From IMG/VR virus record IMGVR_UViG_3300048851_000083, positions 1 through 42,001 of that record: a stretch of 42,001 nt of DNA; one strand, 5' to 3'. Numbering within the stretch: position 1 is the stretch's first letter; each line of letters begins with the position of its first letter. The notes under the pieces were generated by a model, which saw nothing but the letters and a program-made list of their open reading frames with translations, was not told where the DNA came from and did not search any database. This DNA is from a virus. Lineage: Duplodnaviria > Caudoviricetes. The translations under genes were made by a program, and so were the position numbers. This document shows, piece by piece, positions 8,870 to 17,423 of this stretch.

Positions 8870-11376
8870 TACCAGCGGCGCCCAAGGCGCCGTGCACCCT
8901 TCGCCTGCGCTTCTGCCTGTCCGATCTGGGCGCCGCCGGCCGCGCCGCGTGTCGCTGCCATGTCGTCGCCTGCCTGGACCTGCGCCCAGAACTCCGGCGT
9001 CATCATATTGCCGGTCAGATGATAGTGGTTCACCACCGGTGGCAGCTGATCGTTTGCCGCCATGCGACGGGTGTCGCGCGCGGACGAAACGCCGCTGCCC
9101 CGCGGAAGCCAGACGCGCTCCTTGCCGAACTCGCCAACGTCCGCCCATCCACCGGGCGCGTAAGCGGTACCGACGGCGAACCGCGGCACGATCGCGGCGT
9201 CGAGCGCAGCATTGGCGCCCGCGCGCGCCGCGCCGACGTTGACGCCGCCGCCGAACAGCGAGCCAACCGCGCCTAGGAAGTCGCCCGCGGCGCCGCCGGC
9301 GCCCTTCACGTTGCCGAACAGCATCCATCGGGCCAGCAATTCGCTGATCACCGCCAGGCCCTGCTGCTTGAACATGTCCCAGATGCCGCTGGTGCCGCTG
9401 GTGAAGGCGGTGTTCCACAAGCCGGCGAGGATCTGCAGATCGTTCTCCTGCTGCTGGACACGGCGGGCGTTCTCCGCATTCCAGCGATCGGCCTCAATCC
9501 GCTGATTGTCGTTCGCGGCGTCAACGATCGGGGCGAGCGGGTCACCGCTGATCCCGAGAATGTCGCGCTCACCCTGCCGGCGGCGCTCATCCTGCTCGCG
9601 CAGCGCGCTCATTGCCGTCTCCACACTGGCGGCGAGCGCGTTGCCACCGGTGAACAGGCGCAGGCCGGTCAGCTGCTCGGCCTCTTCCTTCGCGCGCTTG
9701 GCTGCGTCGGTGAAGTCGTCGAGGCTTAGCTTCCCCTTGGTCCAGGCGACGTGAAAGTGGTCGTTGTGGTTCTTGTCGCCGGGCCCGAGCAGCTCCACGA
9801 TCTCGATGCCGCGGCTTTCGAACAGCTGCCGGACATCGGCCTTCGTCATCGCCGACATGCCGCCTGCCGGCACGAAATCGACGGCATTGCCGCGCAGGTG
9901 GTGCGAGGTGGCGCTGCCGCCGACGCGCTTGTTATCTGCGAAGCTTCGGGTGGTGTTGGTGATCTGCACGCCCGGCAGCGCGCCGCGGAGCATCTTCGCC
10001 ACGGCCGTCGCGGTGAGCGTGTCGGCATCGCGGGCCTGCGTGCCCTTCTCGATCGACTTCAGCTCGCGGTCGCGCGCGGCGATGATCTCGGCTTCCTTGA
10101 CCGCCAGCCGGGCGCCGTTCGCCGTGCCGCGATACTGGGGATCCTGCTGCACGTCCTGCAGCATCCTGGCGTAGCGAGTTCGGATGGCGCCTTCGGGCAT
10201 GCTCAGCGATTCGACGCGCTGCGTGATCATGCGCGCGAACCCGGCCTCGAAGCCGGATTGCAACCGCTGCGTCTCCTTCACATTGTCGGACATCGTCTTA
10301 TCGAGCGCCGCGATCTGCCGTTCGAACCCGGCAGCGGCAGCGGCGCCGGCATTGAACTCGCCGTTCTGCATCGGATCTTCGGCGCGCTGCTTGGCGGAGA
10401 CGAGGTTGGCGCGCGCGAGCTCGAGCGCCGCCTGCGTGCGCTGGCGGGTTGCCATGGCGGCATCCAGCTCCTGCTTGATCTCGGCTGTGGCGAGCGCCTG
10501 GCGGCGTTCTGCCGTCTGGATCGCCTTCTCCTGCGCGTCGGCAAGCGCCAGCACGGCCTTGCGGTGCTCCTCCAAGGCCTTCTTCTGCTTGTCTGCCGCG
10601 TCGCTGCCCTCGAGCAGCTTACCGATGAACGGCGCCAGCGCCATCATGCCGACCTGGATCGCCAGACCCCATGGCCCCATGAGGAAGCGAGCGAACGCAC
10701 CGGCTTTCCCTTCGACGAACTGGAACTGGCCAGCGAGCTGACCGCCTTGAACGACGAAGGCGGTGATCGGATTCGCGCCCATGCTGATCTGGGTCACCAG
10801 ATCCTGCACCTGGTAAGATGCGCCAGCCATTGCTTGCCGCATCTGATTGGTCGATCCGCCCGCGCGACCGTGCTGTACCGTTACCGCGTCCAGCGCCGCC
10901 TGTTCCTGCCGCAGCTTGGCGACGTAATCATCGAGGCTGATCGCCCCCCTGCTGATCAGCTGCTGCGCCTCAGCGATCTCGGCATTGAACCGCTGCTGAG
11001 CACCCCATGCGGGATCGATGGCCGCTTTCAGCGCCCGCGCGCGCTGTTCCAGCTGCTCCTGCTCGGCGAGCATCTGCGCGAACACTGCCGACGACCGGCG
11101 AGCCGAGCCTTCGTGCTCACCGAAACCCGTACCGGCAGCATTGTCGACGCGCATCTGCATCGCGGTTTGCGGCATGATGGCGTTGAGCTTCGCCACCTGG
11201 CGCTCACGACGGGCGAGGGCGGCTTCTACCTCCCCCTCGGCCTTGACGAACGACTTGGCCATGCGCTGCGCGGCGGCATCGCCGGTCTGCCCAATATCCT
11301 CGAGCTTGCGCTTTACCTCCGGATCTCCGGTGATGCCGAGACGAATGGCGGTGGAGGAGGTGCGCGTAGTCGCCAT
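8869..11376 (-). CDS. Tail tape measure protein with embedded peptidase M15-like domain
   Basis: 835 aa Ala-rich helical protein with the lambda-type YQVQDLVTQISMG..QGGQL motif and internal SHHLRGNAVDF...HNDHFHVAW Zn-peptidase motifs. Confidence 0.92.
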   Translation of the reverse strand: MATTRTSSTAIRLGITGDPEVKRKLEDIGQTGDAAAQRMAKSFVKAEGEVEAALARRERQVAKLNAIMPQTAMQMRVDNAAGTGFGEHEGSARRSSAVFAQMLAEQEQLEQRARALKAAIDPAWGAQQRFNAEIAEAQQLISRGAISLDDYVAKLRQEQAALDAVTVQHGRAGGSTNQMRQAMAGASYQVQDLVTQISMGANPITAFVVQGGQLAGQFQFVEGKAGAFARFLMGPWGLAIQVGMMALAPFIGKLLEGSDAADKQKKALEEHRKAVLALADAQEKAIQTAERRQALATAEIKQELDAAMATRQRTQAALELARANLVSAKQRAEDPMQNGEFNAGAAAAAGFERQIAALDKTMSDNVKETQRLQSGFEAGFARMITQRVESLSMPEGAIRTRYARMLQDVQQDPQYRGTANGARLAVKEAEIIAARDRELKSIEKGTQARDADTLTATAVAKMLRGALPGVQITNTTRSFADNKRVGGSATSHHLRGNAVDFVPAGGMSAMTKADVRQLFESRGIEIVELLGPGDKNHNDHFHVAWTKGKLSLDDFTDAAKRAKEEAEQLTGLRLFTGGNALAASVETAMSALREQDERRRQGERDILGISGDPLAPIVDAANDNQRIEADRWNAENARRVQQQENDLQILAGLWNTAFTSGTSGIWDMFKQQGLAVISELLARWMLFGNVKGAGGAAGDFLGAVGSLFGGGVNVGAARAGANAALDAAIVPRFAVGTAYAPGGWADVGEFGKERVWLPRGSGVSSARDTRRMAANDQLPPVVNHYHLTGNMMTPEFWAQVQAGDDMAATRGAAGGAQIGQAEAQAKGARRLGRRW

Positions 11377-11377
11377 G

Positions 11378-11707
11378 CTAATCGCCCTCCTCTCCGGTCA
11401 GGATTGCCGCCTCGGCTTCGGGCAGCAGGTCAACGACGATGGCGGGGTCCGCACCAAGCGCGTTGGCGACCATCATCACGGCGGTGTAATCCAGCCCGAA
11501 TGGCTGCCCAGTCGGGCCAACGCGCAGCTGGTTACCGCACCGGGTTATCGCGTCGAAGGCGAGCTCGACCTCTTCGTCCTGGATCGCTTCTTTCCGGTAC
11601 GGGCACTCGCCGCACCGCTCTCGCCCGCCGCAGGAGAGGCTGCAGTATCTGGCGCCGGCGTCACCCTCGACGAAATGCCATCGGATGAGCCGGCTGGCGC
11701 GTTTTTT
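11378..11707 (-). CDS. C-terminal (-1 frame) part of the long tail assembly chaperone (GT-like)
   Basis: Manually translated -1 frame from the slippery site reads KRASRLIRWHF...YCSLSC...CGECPY...FGLDYTAV...LLPEAEAAIL* and stops at 11378-11380, just before the tape measure ATG. Confidence 0.8.
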   Translation of the reverse strand, partial: KKRASRLIRWHFVEGDAGARYCSLSCGGRERCGECPYRKEAIQDEEVELAFDAITRCGNQLRVGPTGQPFGLDYTAVMMVANALGADPAIVVDLLPEAEAAILTGEEGD

Positions 11708-12108
11708 GCCAGTTCCCGCGTGCGGGTGACGAACGGGGCGACGTAGGCGGCATCGAGCGCGTCGAACACGACAGGATCTGCGAAGAGCAGCGCTTTGTTC
11801 TCAGGGGTGCAGTCGAGCAGCCGGTAGGGCTGGCCGTCCACGCCGATCGTCCCCTCGGCGTCTTCTCCCTCGGCGACCGGCAGGGCGACGTCGCCCCAGC
11901 CGATCATCCCTTCCATCAGCAGCGAGTGGCTGACGGCGCTGCCGAACTCGTCGAGCAGGTCGTCGCCGCCTTCGCTGTCCGCCAGCACCGGCCGCGCCAT
12001 GCGACGCGCGCGCATGATCATCGGGCGGGTGATGGGGGTGAAGGTGAAGCTGGCGCCCATCACCGCCAGGGTGAAAGGAGCGCCATCGTTCTTCGAGGCG
12101 ATCAGCAT
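11545..12108 (-). CDS. Tail assembly chaperone (G-like)
   Basis: Between the tail tube and tape measure genes, TGATG coupling to the tube gene, contains the slippery heptamer. Confidence 0.8.
   Translation of the reverse strand: MLIASKNDGAPFTLAVMGASFTFTPITRPMIMRARRMARPVLADSEGGDDLLDEFGSAVSHSLLMEGMIGWGDVALPVAEGEDAEGTIGVDGQPYRLLDCTPENKALLFADPVVFDALDAAYVAPFVTRTRELAKNAPAGSSDGISSRVTPAPDTAASPAAGESGAASARTGKKRSRTKRSSSPSTR
11701..11707 (-). other. Programmed -1 ribosomal frameshift slippery site A-AAA-AAC
   Basis: GCA AAA AAC in frame in the chaperone gene, matching the X XXY YYZ pattern. Confidence 0.8.
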
Positions 12109-13055
12109 CAGGCGTAGCTCGCCTTGTTGTTCACCAGCACGGCGCGCAGGAGCGGGCCGCCGGCGGGGGTGGATGCCATGCCATCCAGATCGATCTGGAT
12201 GCCGGCCGGACCGCTGATCGGGCGCTTGCGCCGCGGCAGGAAGACGCGGCCGAGGGTGACGGTGAGGGTGCGCGCCGCCGATGCCCATTGCAGCTGGACG
12301 GCGACCGGCGTCTGGCTGGTTGCCTTGTTGAGCAACACGGTGTCGGCAAACTTCGCCGTCATGCTGATCGATGCGGTGGGCATGCCCGGGTCGATGCCGT
12401 TGATCTCGCTGTCGGCGCGGATTGTGGCATCCGGATCGAGACCGTTGGAATAGTTGAGCTGGGCGGTGAGGATCTCGCCCTGCGCCACGCCATCGATGAG
12501 GATGGCGCCGGAAGCCTGCGCGAACCGGGTCAGCGCGGACGGTGCGATGATCTCCGGCGTGCCGGCCGTGCTTGAGGTGGCGAACGCGGTCTCGCCCTTG
12601 GCCATCAGCCCGAACGTGGCGTTGAGCAAGCCGCCGCGCTGCACGGCGATCTGCATCGTGTTGGCCATGACGCCGTAGTTGGTCGAATAGCTCGGCCGAT
12701 CCGGGTGCCCGATCTCGATCGATGCCGACGGCAGTGACACGGCGCCGCTATCGAACGTGTGCGTGAGCGTGCCTGACCCGCCGGTGGTCGGAAGACCAAG
12801 CAGCAGCTTGAGCCAGTGACCGATTGCCAAGGCATCAACCGGCACGACGACGTCGCCATTGTTGGTCACGACATCATAGGTCGGATCCGCCGGCGCGCGG
12901 CCCAGCCCAAGCAGGTCGCTCTCGATCAGGCCCTGCTCGGCGCCGAGGTTGGACGTGACGAACGGCAGCTGGGAATAGCCCGACGCGGGCGGCGCGCCGT
13001 AGGTGGTTTCGAACGCGAGGTTCATCAGCGCGTTCGCGCCGCGAGCTCGTCCCAT
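12108..13055 (-). CDS. Phage tail tube protein
   Basis: MGRARGANA..AFETTYG..P and LPSASIEIG motifs, 315 aa. Confidence 0.88.
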   Translation of the reverse strand: MGRARGANALMNLAFETTYGAPPASGYSQLPFVTSNLGAEQGLIESDLLGLGRAPADPTYDVVTNNGDVVVPVDALAIGHWLKLLLGLPTTGGSGTLTHTFDSGAVSLPSASIEIGHPDRPSYSTNYGVMANTMQIAVQRGGLLNATFGLMAKGETAFATSSTAGTPEIIAPSALTRFAQASGAILIDGVAQGEILTAQLNYSNGLDPDATIRADSEINGIDPGMPTASISMTAKFADTVLLNKATSQTPVAVQLQWASAARTLTVTLGRVFLPRRKRPISGPAGIQIDLDGMASTPAGGPLLRAVLVNNKASYA

Positions 13056-13079
13056 AGCAGTGTCCTTTCGGGAGAGGTG

Positions 13080-13541
13080 TCAGGAGAGCGGGTTGGGGGT
13101 GCCGTAGGTGGCGATGATCGAGAAGTCGGCGCCCCGGGGAGGGCGGCCGCCGGGCACGCGGCGCTCGTCGTCGAGCACGATCACGTCGGAGGTTGCAGGC
13201 GCCGTCGGCTCCAACCAGGTGCACAGCCCGCCAAGGGTCCGGTCGAAAGCGACCGCGGCACCGATCAAGCCAAGCATCTCATCCAGCACGTCTTCGGCCG
13301 ATCGCTCGCGCGTTCCGGTGGCTGTCAATTCGATCGGGAACTCGTGATCATACCAGTAGGTGTGCGGACTGAAGGTCTCTTCGGGTTCGCCCGGATCACC
13401 GGCGCCGATGATACAGCGCCCGTCGGCATCGGGCCGTCGGGGCAAGCTGTCCGCATCATCCGGACCGATCACGTCGGCATCCGGCAGCGCGAGCGTCAGC
13501 ATCACCGTGAGGGCCTGATAAATTTCGCGGCGAGTGCTCAT
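13080..13541 (-). CDS. Tail terminator / completion protein
   Basis: MSTRREI, DRTLGGLC and terminal YGTPNPL motifs. Directly precedes the tube gene. Confidence 0.75.
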   Translation of the reverse strand: MSTRREIYQALTVMLTLALPDADVIGPDDADSLPRRPDADGRCIIGAGDPGEPEETFSPHTYWYDHEFPIELTATGTRERSAEDVLDEMLGLIGAAVAFDRTLGGLCTWLEPTAPATSDVIVLDDERRVPGGRPPRGADFSIIATYGTPNPLS

Positions 13542-14224
13542 TCTGCCTCCAGCCGCATAGCGAATGCGTTCGACCAGGCATCTGCCCACCGCCGCGCCGG
13601 ACCTTCGAGGTCGAGCAGCTTGGGCTTCTTTACCGATCGGACGAGGGTGAACATGATGACCGACGAGACCGCGCGCGGGTTGCGGGTAGTGCCGGCGCGC
13701 TCACGCTGGGAGGCGGAACGCCAGCGGCCGGTGGCCTTACGCACCACCAGACCCTTCAGGACGAGGTGGCCGATCGCGGTGGCCTTGCGGGCGCTCGGCG
13801 TCTTGAACCCGCTGTCACCGGCAGCGATGAAAATCAGGCGCTTGCCGAACCGCTCCTCGACCTCTTCCGGCGTGAAGGCGTTGCCCTGACGATGCCGCGG
13901 ACAGTCCGTCGACGGGATAGCGAGAAACCTGCGCCCGCCGGTCGCGACGATCGTGGAGCCCTTCTCGTAGCTCTCGATGATCTCGGAAGCGCGAGACTGA
14001 ATGTAACCGGCTGGCTCAGGGCTATCGCCGCTTTTCGGATAGACCTTGTCGGTCCACGTTCTGGCTAGGCGTTCGCCCAGTCCTGCATCGACGATCTGTG
14101 CGTAGAGTTCAGCTTTCGCATCCGGCGTGGTGTCGCGCATTGCGCCGGTCGCGGCGCTGGCGATGTGGTTGTGTTTGCTCTGCGCGGCCTGCCTGAAGCC
14201 GCCCGGCTCAATCGTGAGCCGCAT
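13538..14224 (-). CDS. Neck / tail completion protein (DUF6441-like)
   Basis: AGLGERLARTW, FLAIP and FTLVRSVKKPKLLDL motifs, in the neck position. Confidence 0.72.
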   Translation of the reverse strand: MRLTIEPGGFRQAAQSKHNHIASAATGAMRDTTPDAKAELYAQIVDAGLGERLARTWTDKVYPKSGDSPEPAGYIQSRASEIIESYEKGSTIVATGGRRFLAIPSTDCPRHRQGNAFTPEEVEERFGKRLIFIAAGDSGFKTPSARKATAIGHLVLKGLVVRKATGRWRSASQRERAGTTRNPRAVSSVIMFTLVRSVKKPKLLDLEGPARRWADAWSNAFAMRLEAE

Positions 14225-14399
14225 TGTCCTGCGCTGATGCGCCCGGCTTCGGTCCCGGGATGCCTGCAGGATCTGCCTGAAGCAGGCCAGCATCATGCAG
14301 CCGCTTGGCCTCTTCGTCGCTGACCGTCAGCGGGTTCTCATGGATGAACCGCATCTCGCCGTTAACCAGTGACGGGCCGATGATCTCGATTTTCTTCAT
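14208..14399 (-). CDS. Small hypothetical head-region protein, paralogue of 15125-15418
   Basis: GAGGAG ribosome-binding site. KIEIIGPSLVNGEMRF..PLTVSDEEAKRL resembles the neighbouring gene's N-terminus. Confidence 0.65.
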   Translation of the reverse strand: MKKIEIIGPSLVNGEMRFIHENPLTVSDEEAKRLHDAGLLQADPAGIPGPKPGASAQDNAAHD

Positions 14400-14409
14400 G
14401 GATCGCTCC

Positions 14410-14742
14410 TCAGTCGCGCCACAGCTCGGCGCCGATCGTCCAGGTCAGGCCTTCGACGTCGAGCATCGGCGTGCCGATCAGCTCGAGCTTCGCGCCATCG
14501 ACGATCGCGACGACATCGCCGCGTATGCTGTGGCCATTGCCACCGACCGGGTTGGGCACCTCGGAGCGGCGAAGATCGAGCACGTTGGTGGCCTGCACCA
14601 GGTTGCGCGGGCCGAGCTCGTCAGGCTGGCCGCGAATGATGCGGATGGGGAAGGGGGCAGTGCCGTCCGCCGGCCGGTAGACCGCTGCCGCGGAGCCGGG
14701 CGCGTTGAAGAGCGCGTCCAGCGCCGCGGCGAACGAATCCAT
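14410..14742 (-). CDS. Head-tail joining protein (FII-like)
   Basis: MDSFAAALDALF, AVYRP and DLRRSEVPNP..GD motifs, plus position. Confidence 0.75.
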   Translation of the reverse strand: MDSFAAALDALFNAPGSAAAVYRPADGTAPFPIRIIRGQPDELGPRNLVQATNVLDLRRSEVPNPVGGNGHSIRGDVVAIVDGAKLELIGTPMLDVEGLTWTIGAELWRD

Positions 14743-14743
14743 G

Positions 14744-15070
14744 TTAGACTTGGCCGGTCAGTTTCACCGCGACGGTTGCATCGCCGCTGGCCGCCGCCGT
14801 CACTGCCGGTCCGACAAGCGTGTTGTTCGTCGCCGTCGTTGTGAGGTTGAAGGCCGTGTTATCCCAATAGAGTCGCTGACCCTGAGTGATCGCGCCAGCC
14901 GCCTTCGGCAGCGTGAACACTTCCTCCGTCACGCCGACGACGGGCGCACCCTGTGCCGCTGCGGCAGACGCCACCGCGAAGATCGCGCCGACAACGAAAC
15001 CATCGCCGCTGGCAAGCGCGCGAGGAGCGGTCAGAGTGAGGTTCTGACCTTTCTGCACATAGTTCTTCAT
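14744..15070 (-). CDS. DUF2190-like capsid cement / decoration protein
   Basis: MKNYVQKG...GVTEEVFTLPK...GQRLYWD signature. Confidence 0.88.
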   Translation of the reverse strand: MKNYVQKGQNLTLTAPRALASGDGFVVGAIFAVASAAAAQGAPVVGVTEEVFTLPKAAGAITQGQRLYWDNTAFNLTTTATNNTLVGPAVTAAASGDATVAVKLTGQV

Positions 15071-15124
15071 GCTGCATCTCCCTGTCCGGCCCCGGTGGTG
15101 CCACCGAGGCGGGACGGTAAAGGA

Positions 15125-15418
15125 TCAGGCCTCGCGGCCCGCCCGAATGGCGGCGACCATGGCTGCCTTGTTGGTGGTGCCGGTCAGGTCGATGCCATCA
15201 TCGGCGGCGAGCGCCTTGAGTTCGTCGACCTTCAGCGCGTCGAGTCCGTCGTCCTCGTCGGCTTCACCTTCCTCGGGAAGGTCCTCGGGATCGCCATCGA
15301 GGCGTCCCGATGCCTTCAGCTGCTCCGTCTCGGCATCCGAAACGGTAAGCGCCCCCTCGATCGGGTAGCGCACGGCGCCGGCGATCACCGCCGGGCCGAT
15401 CAGGTTCACGATCTTCAT
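15125..15418 (-). CDS. Small head-region protein with C-terminal Rho-N/HeH-like motif
   Basis: LDALKVDELKALA...GIDL...NKAAMVAAI. Located right after the capsid gene. Confidence 0.7.
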   Translation of the reverse strand: MKIVNLIGPAVIAGAVRYPIEGALTVSDAETEQLKASGRLDGDPEDLPEEGEADEDDGLDALKVDELKALAADDGIDLTGTTNKAAMVAAIRAGREA

Positions 15419-15443
15419 CGTATAGTCCCTTTCTCGGGTCGGC

Positions 15444-17423
15444 TTAGTTGCCGGGGTTGCGGTAGAAGCCGCGGAAGTCGATCGTCGCCGCACCGACATC
15501 GAGACGAGCCTTGGTCTTGATGCCGTCGACATCGAAGCCGGCCTGCGTCTCGATGAAGACGCCTTCCTGACCTTCGAGGTGCGAGAGCTCGATCGTGTCG
15601 ATCGAGCTGGGATCGGCGACCAGGTACCAGCTGTTGTCGGTGATCCGCGGCTCGACAATCAGCTGCAGCTTGCCGGCGAACGGATTGACGTTCGACGGCT
15701 GCGCGGCGGTGACAGCGGTCAGGAACTGCTCGGCCTCGGTCTGCTTTGCCGGTCCCACGACCAGATAGGACGGGCGCACCGTGATGAAGCCGCCCTCCGC
15801 CGAGCGCTGTTGCGCCATCGCGGTACGGCCCACCGCGACCGACGCCACCGTGATGGCCGCGCCAGTGCCAAGGTTGCCGTGCTGCGCGGAGAACAGCGCG
15901 AAACCGTCTGCCATCGTGGGATTGCTGATGACCAACCCCCAGACGAGGTCGCTTTCCAGATCGCGCGCCTTGAACCCGAACTGTGTCGGGATGCGCGAGA
16001 AAAGGCGCTTGTCGTCGTTGATGACAGCCTGCCGCGTGATCGCGATAATGCGACCATAGGTCTGCAGCCGGTAGGACATGCCGGTATCCGACATCGCGCC
16101 GTAGGTGAATTCGGCGTTTTCGCGGACCAGCAGCAGCGAGGGCGCATCGCCCAGGCCGATGATGTTGGTATCCTTGAAGTCCGGCAGCGTGCCGCGCGAG
16201 ACGATCGGGCCGAAGGTCTGCGGTGCGGCCTCATAGGCGGCACGGACGCGCTTACCAGCGGCGCTCGACAGCGCATTGGCGAAGTCGCTGGTGGTGTGGG
16301 CGCCGTAGCGGAGCCCCAGCGCTGCGCCGGCGATCTCGAGCTTGTTGCCGCCGAACACGCCGATGCCGGTGCGCTGGCAATAATCCCGCGCCATCTCCAT
16401 CATCGACATGCCGCGGAATTCCCGCGCCGCCGTGGCGTCCGCTTCCGGTACTTGGGCGGACGGATCCGCACGAAGGACCACGGCGGCCTCGATCGCGCGG
16501 CGGTAACCTTCGCTCTCCGTGCCGGATTGTCCGGCGCGGGCATCGATGTTCGGCAGCGCACGGCTTTCGATCAGGCGATCGCTGATCGCGCGCTCGAAGT
16601 CGACTTCGGTCAGCGGGGTGGTCTCGTTGCGCTCGATGAGCTCGCGGGCGAATGCGTCGCCAAGCTCGGTAGCGCGACCGCAGCGCTCGAAGATGCGCGT
16701 GGCGGAGATCACCGGCGCGGAGCGATTCTCCACGACGGGTGCCGCCGCCGAGGCGACGGGCGGGGTGGCCGGCGCGGGATCAGCCGCCGGCTCGATCACG
16801 GGATCGGGCATTTTATTCTCCGGGTTGGGAGCGGCGGCGCCGCGGATGGTGCAGGGATGATCACCGCCCTGCGCGGCACTCCGCTGACGCACTTGCGCCG
16901 CGGCATCGAAGGGCACCGTCACGAAAGAGAGCTCAACGGGCTCCCAATCTGTGGCAAGCATGTGGGGGTACTCCCCCTCGCGCTCGGTGCGTTGGAATTC
17001 GAAGACGTTGTAGGACACGCTCAGCGAGCGGATGTGGCCGTCGATGATCTTGGCGACGGTGTCGGCAACGTCGGGCGTGCGCGCGAGCCGCACACGGCAG
17101 AGACCTTCGCCGTTCTCGATGCGGACGCTGCCAGGAACGACGGAGCCCAGCACACTCGACAGGCTGTAAGTGCTGTGACTGTCGAGCAGACATGCGCCGG
17201 CGTTAAGGCGGCCGAGGCGCACCGCTCCGGTCTCCATGCTCAATTCTTCGGTGTAGTAACCACCGTCCAGCCAGTCGAACCGGAGGCCGGCAGCACCGAT
17301 CGACCAGACAACCTCGATCGAATTGTCTTCTTCCTGGTAGGAGGCAGGCCGCACGTCGGCTGCGCGAAGCATCGTCGGGGCGGTGACGGCGCGCGTCTCC
17401 ACGGCCGGCGCGATTGTGGACAT
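15444..17423 (-). CDS. Prohead protease / major capsid fusion protein
   Basis: N-terminal HK97-type protease motifs (LLDSH, SLSVSY, WEPVELSFVTVPFD), Pro/Ala linker, then capsid domain (HTTSDF, YGRIIAITRQAVINDD, DFRGFYRNPG). Confidence 0.93.
   Translation of the reverse strand: MSTIAPAVETRAVTAPTMLRAADVRPASYQEEDNSIEVVWSIGAAGLRFDWLDGGYYTEELSMETGAVRLGRLNAGACLLDSHSTYSLSSVLGSVVPGSVRIENGEGLCRVRLARTPDVADTVAKIIDGHIRSLSVSYNVFEFQRTEREGEYPHMLATDWEPVELSFVTVPFDAAAQVRQRSAAQGGDHPCTIRGAAAPNPENKMPDPVIEPAADPAPATPPVASAAAPVVENRSAPVISATRIFERCGRATELGDAFARELIERNETTPLTEVDFERAISDRLIESRALPNIDARAGQSGTESEGYRRAIEAAVVLRADPSAQVPEADATAAREFRGMSMMEMARDYCQRTGIGVFGGNKLEIAGAALGLRYGAHTTSDFANALSSAAGKRVRAAYEAAPQTFGPIVSRGTLPDFKDTNIIGLGDAPSLLLVRENAEFTYGAMSDTGMSYRLQTYGRIIAITRQAVINDDKRLFSRIPTQFGFKARDLESDLVWGLVISNPTMADGFALFSAQHGNLGTGAAITVASVAVGRTAMAQQRSAEGGFITVRPSYLVVGPAKQTEAEQFLTAVTAAQPSNVNPFAGKLQLIVEPRITDNSWYLVADPSSIDTIELSHLEGQEGVFIETQAGFDVDGIKTKARLDVGAATIDFRGFYRNPGN

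Noticed and set aside
9751-11688. 645-aa ORF on +
   Set aside because: Antisense shadow of the tape measure gene, expected from high-GC codon bias.
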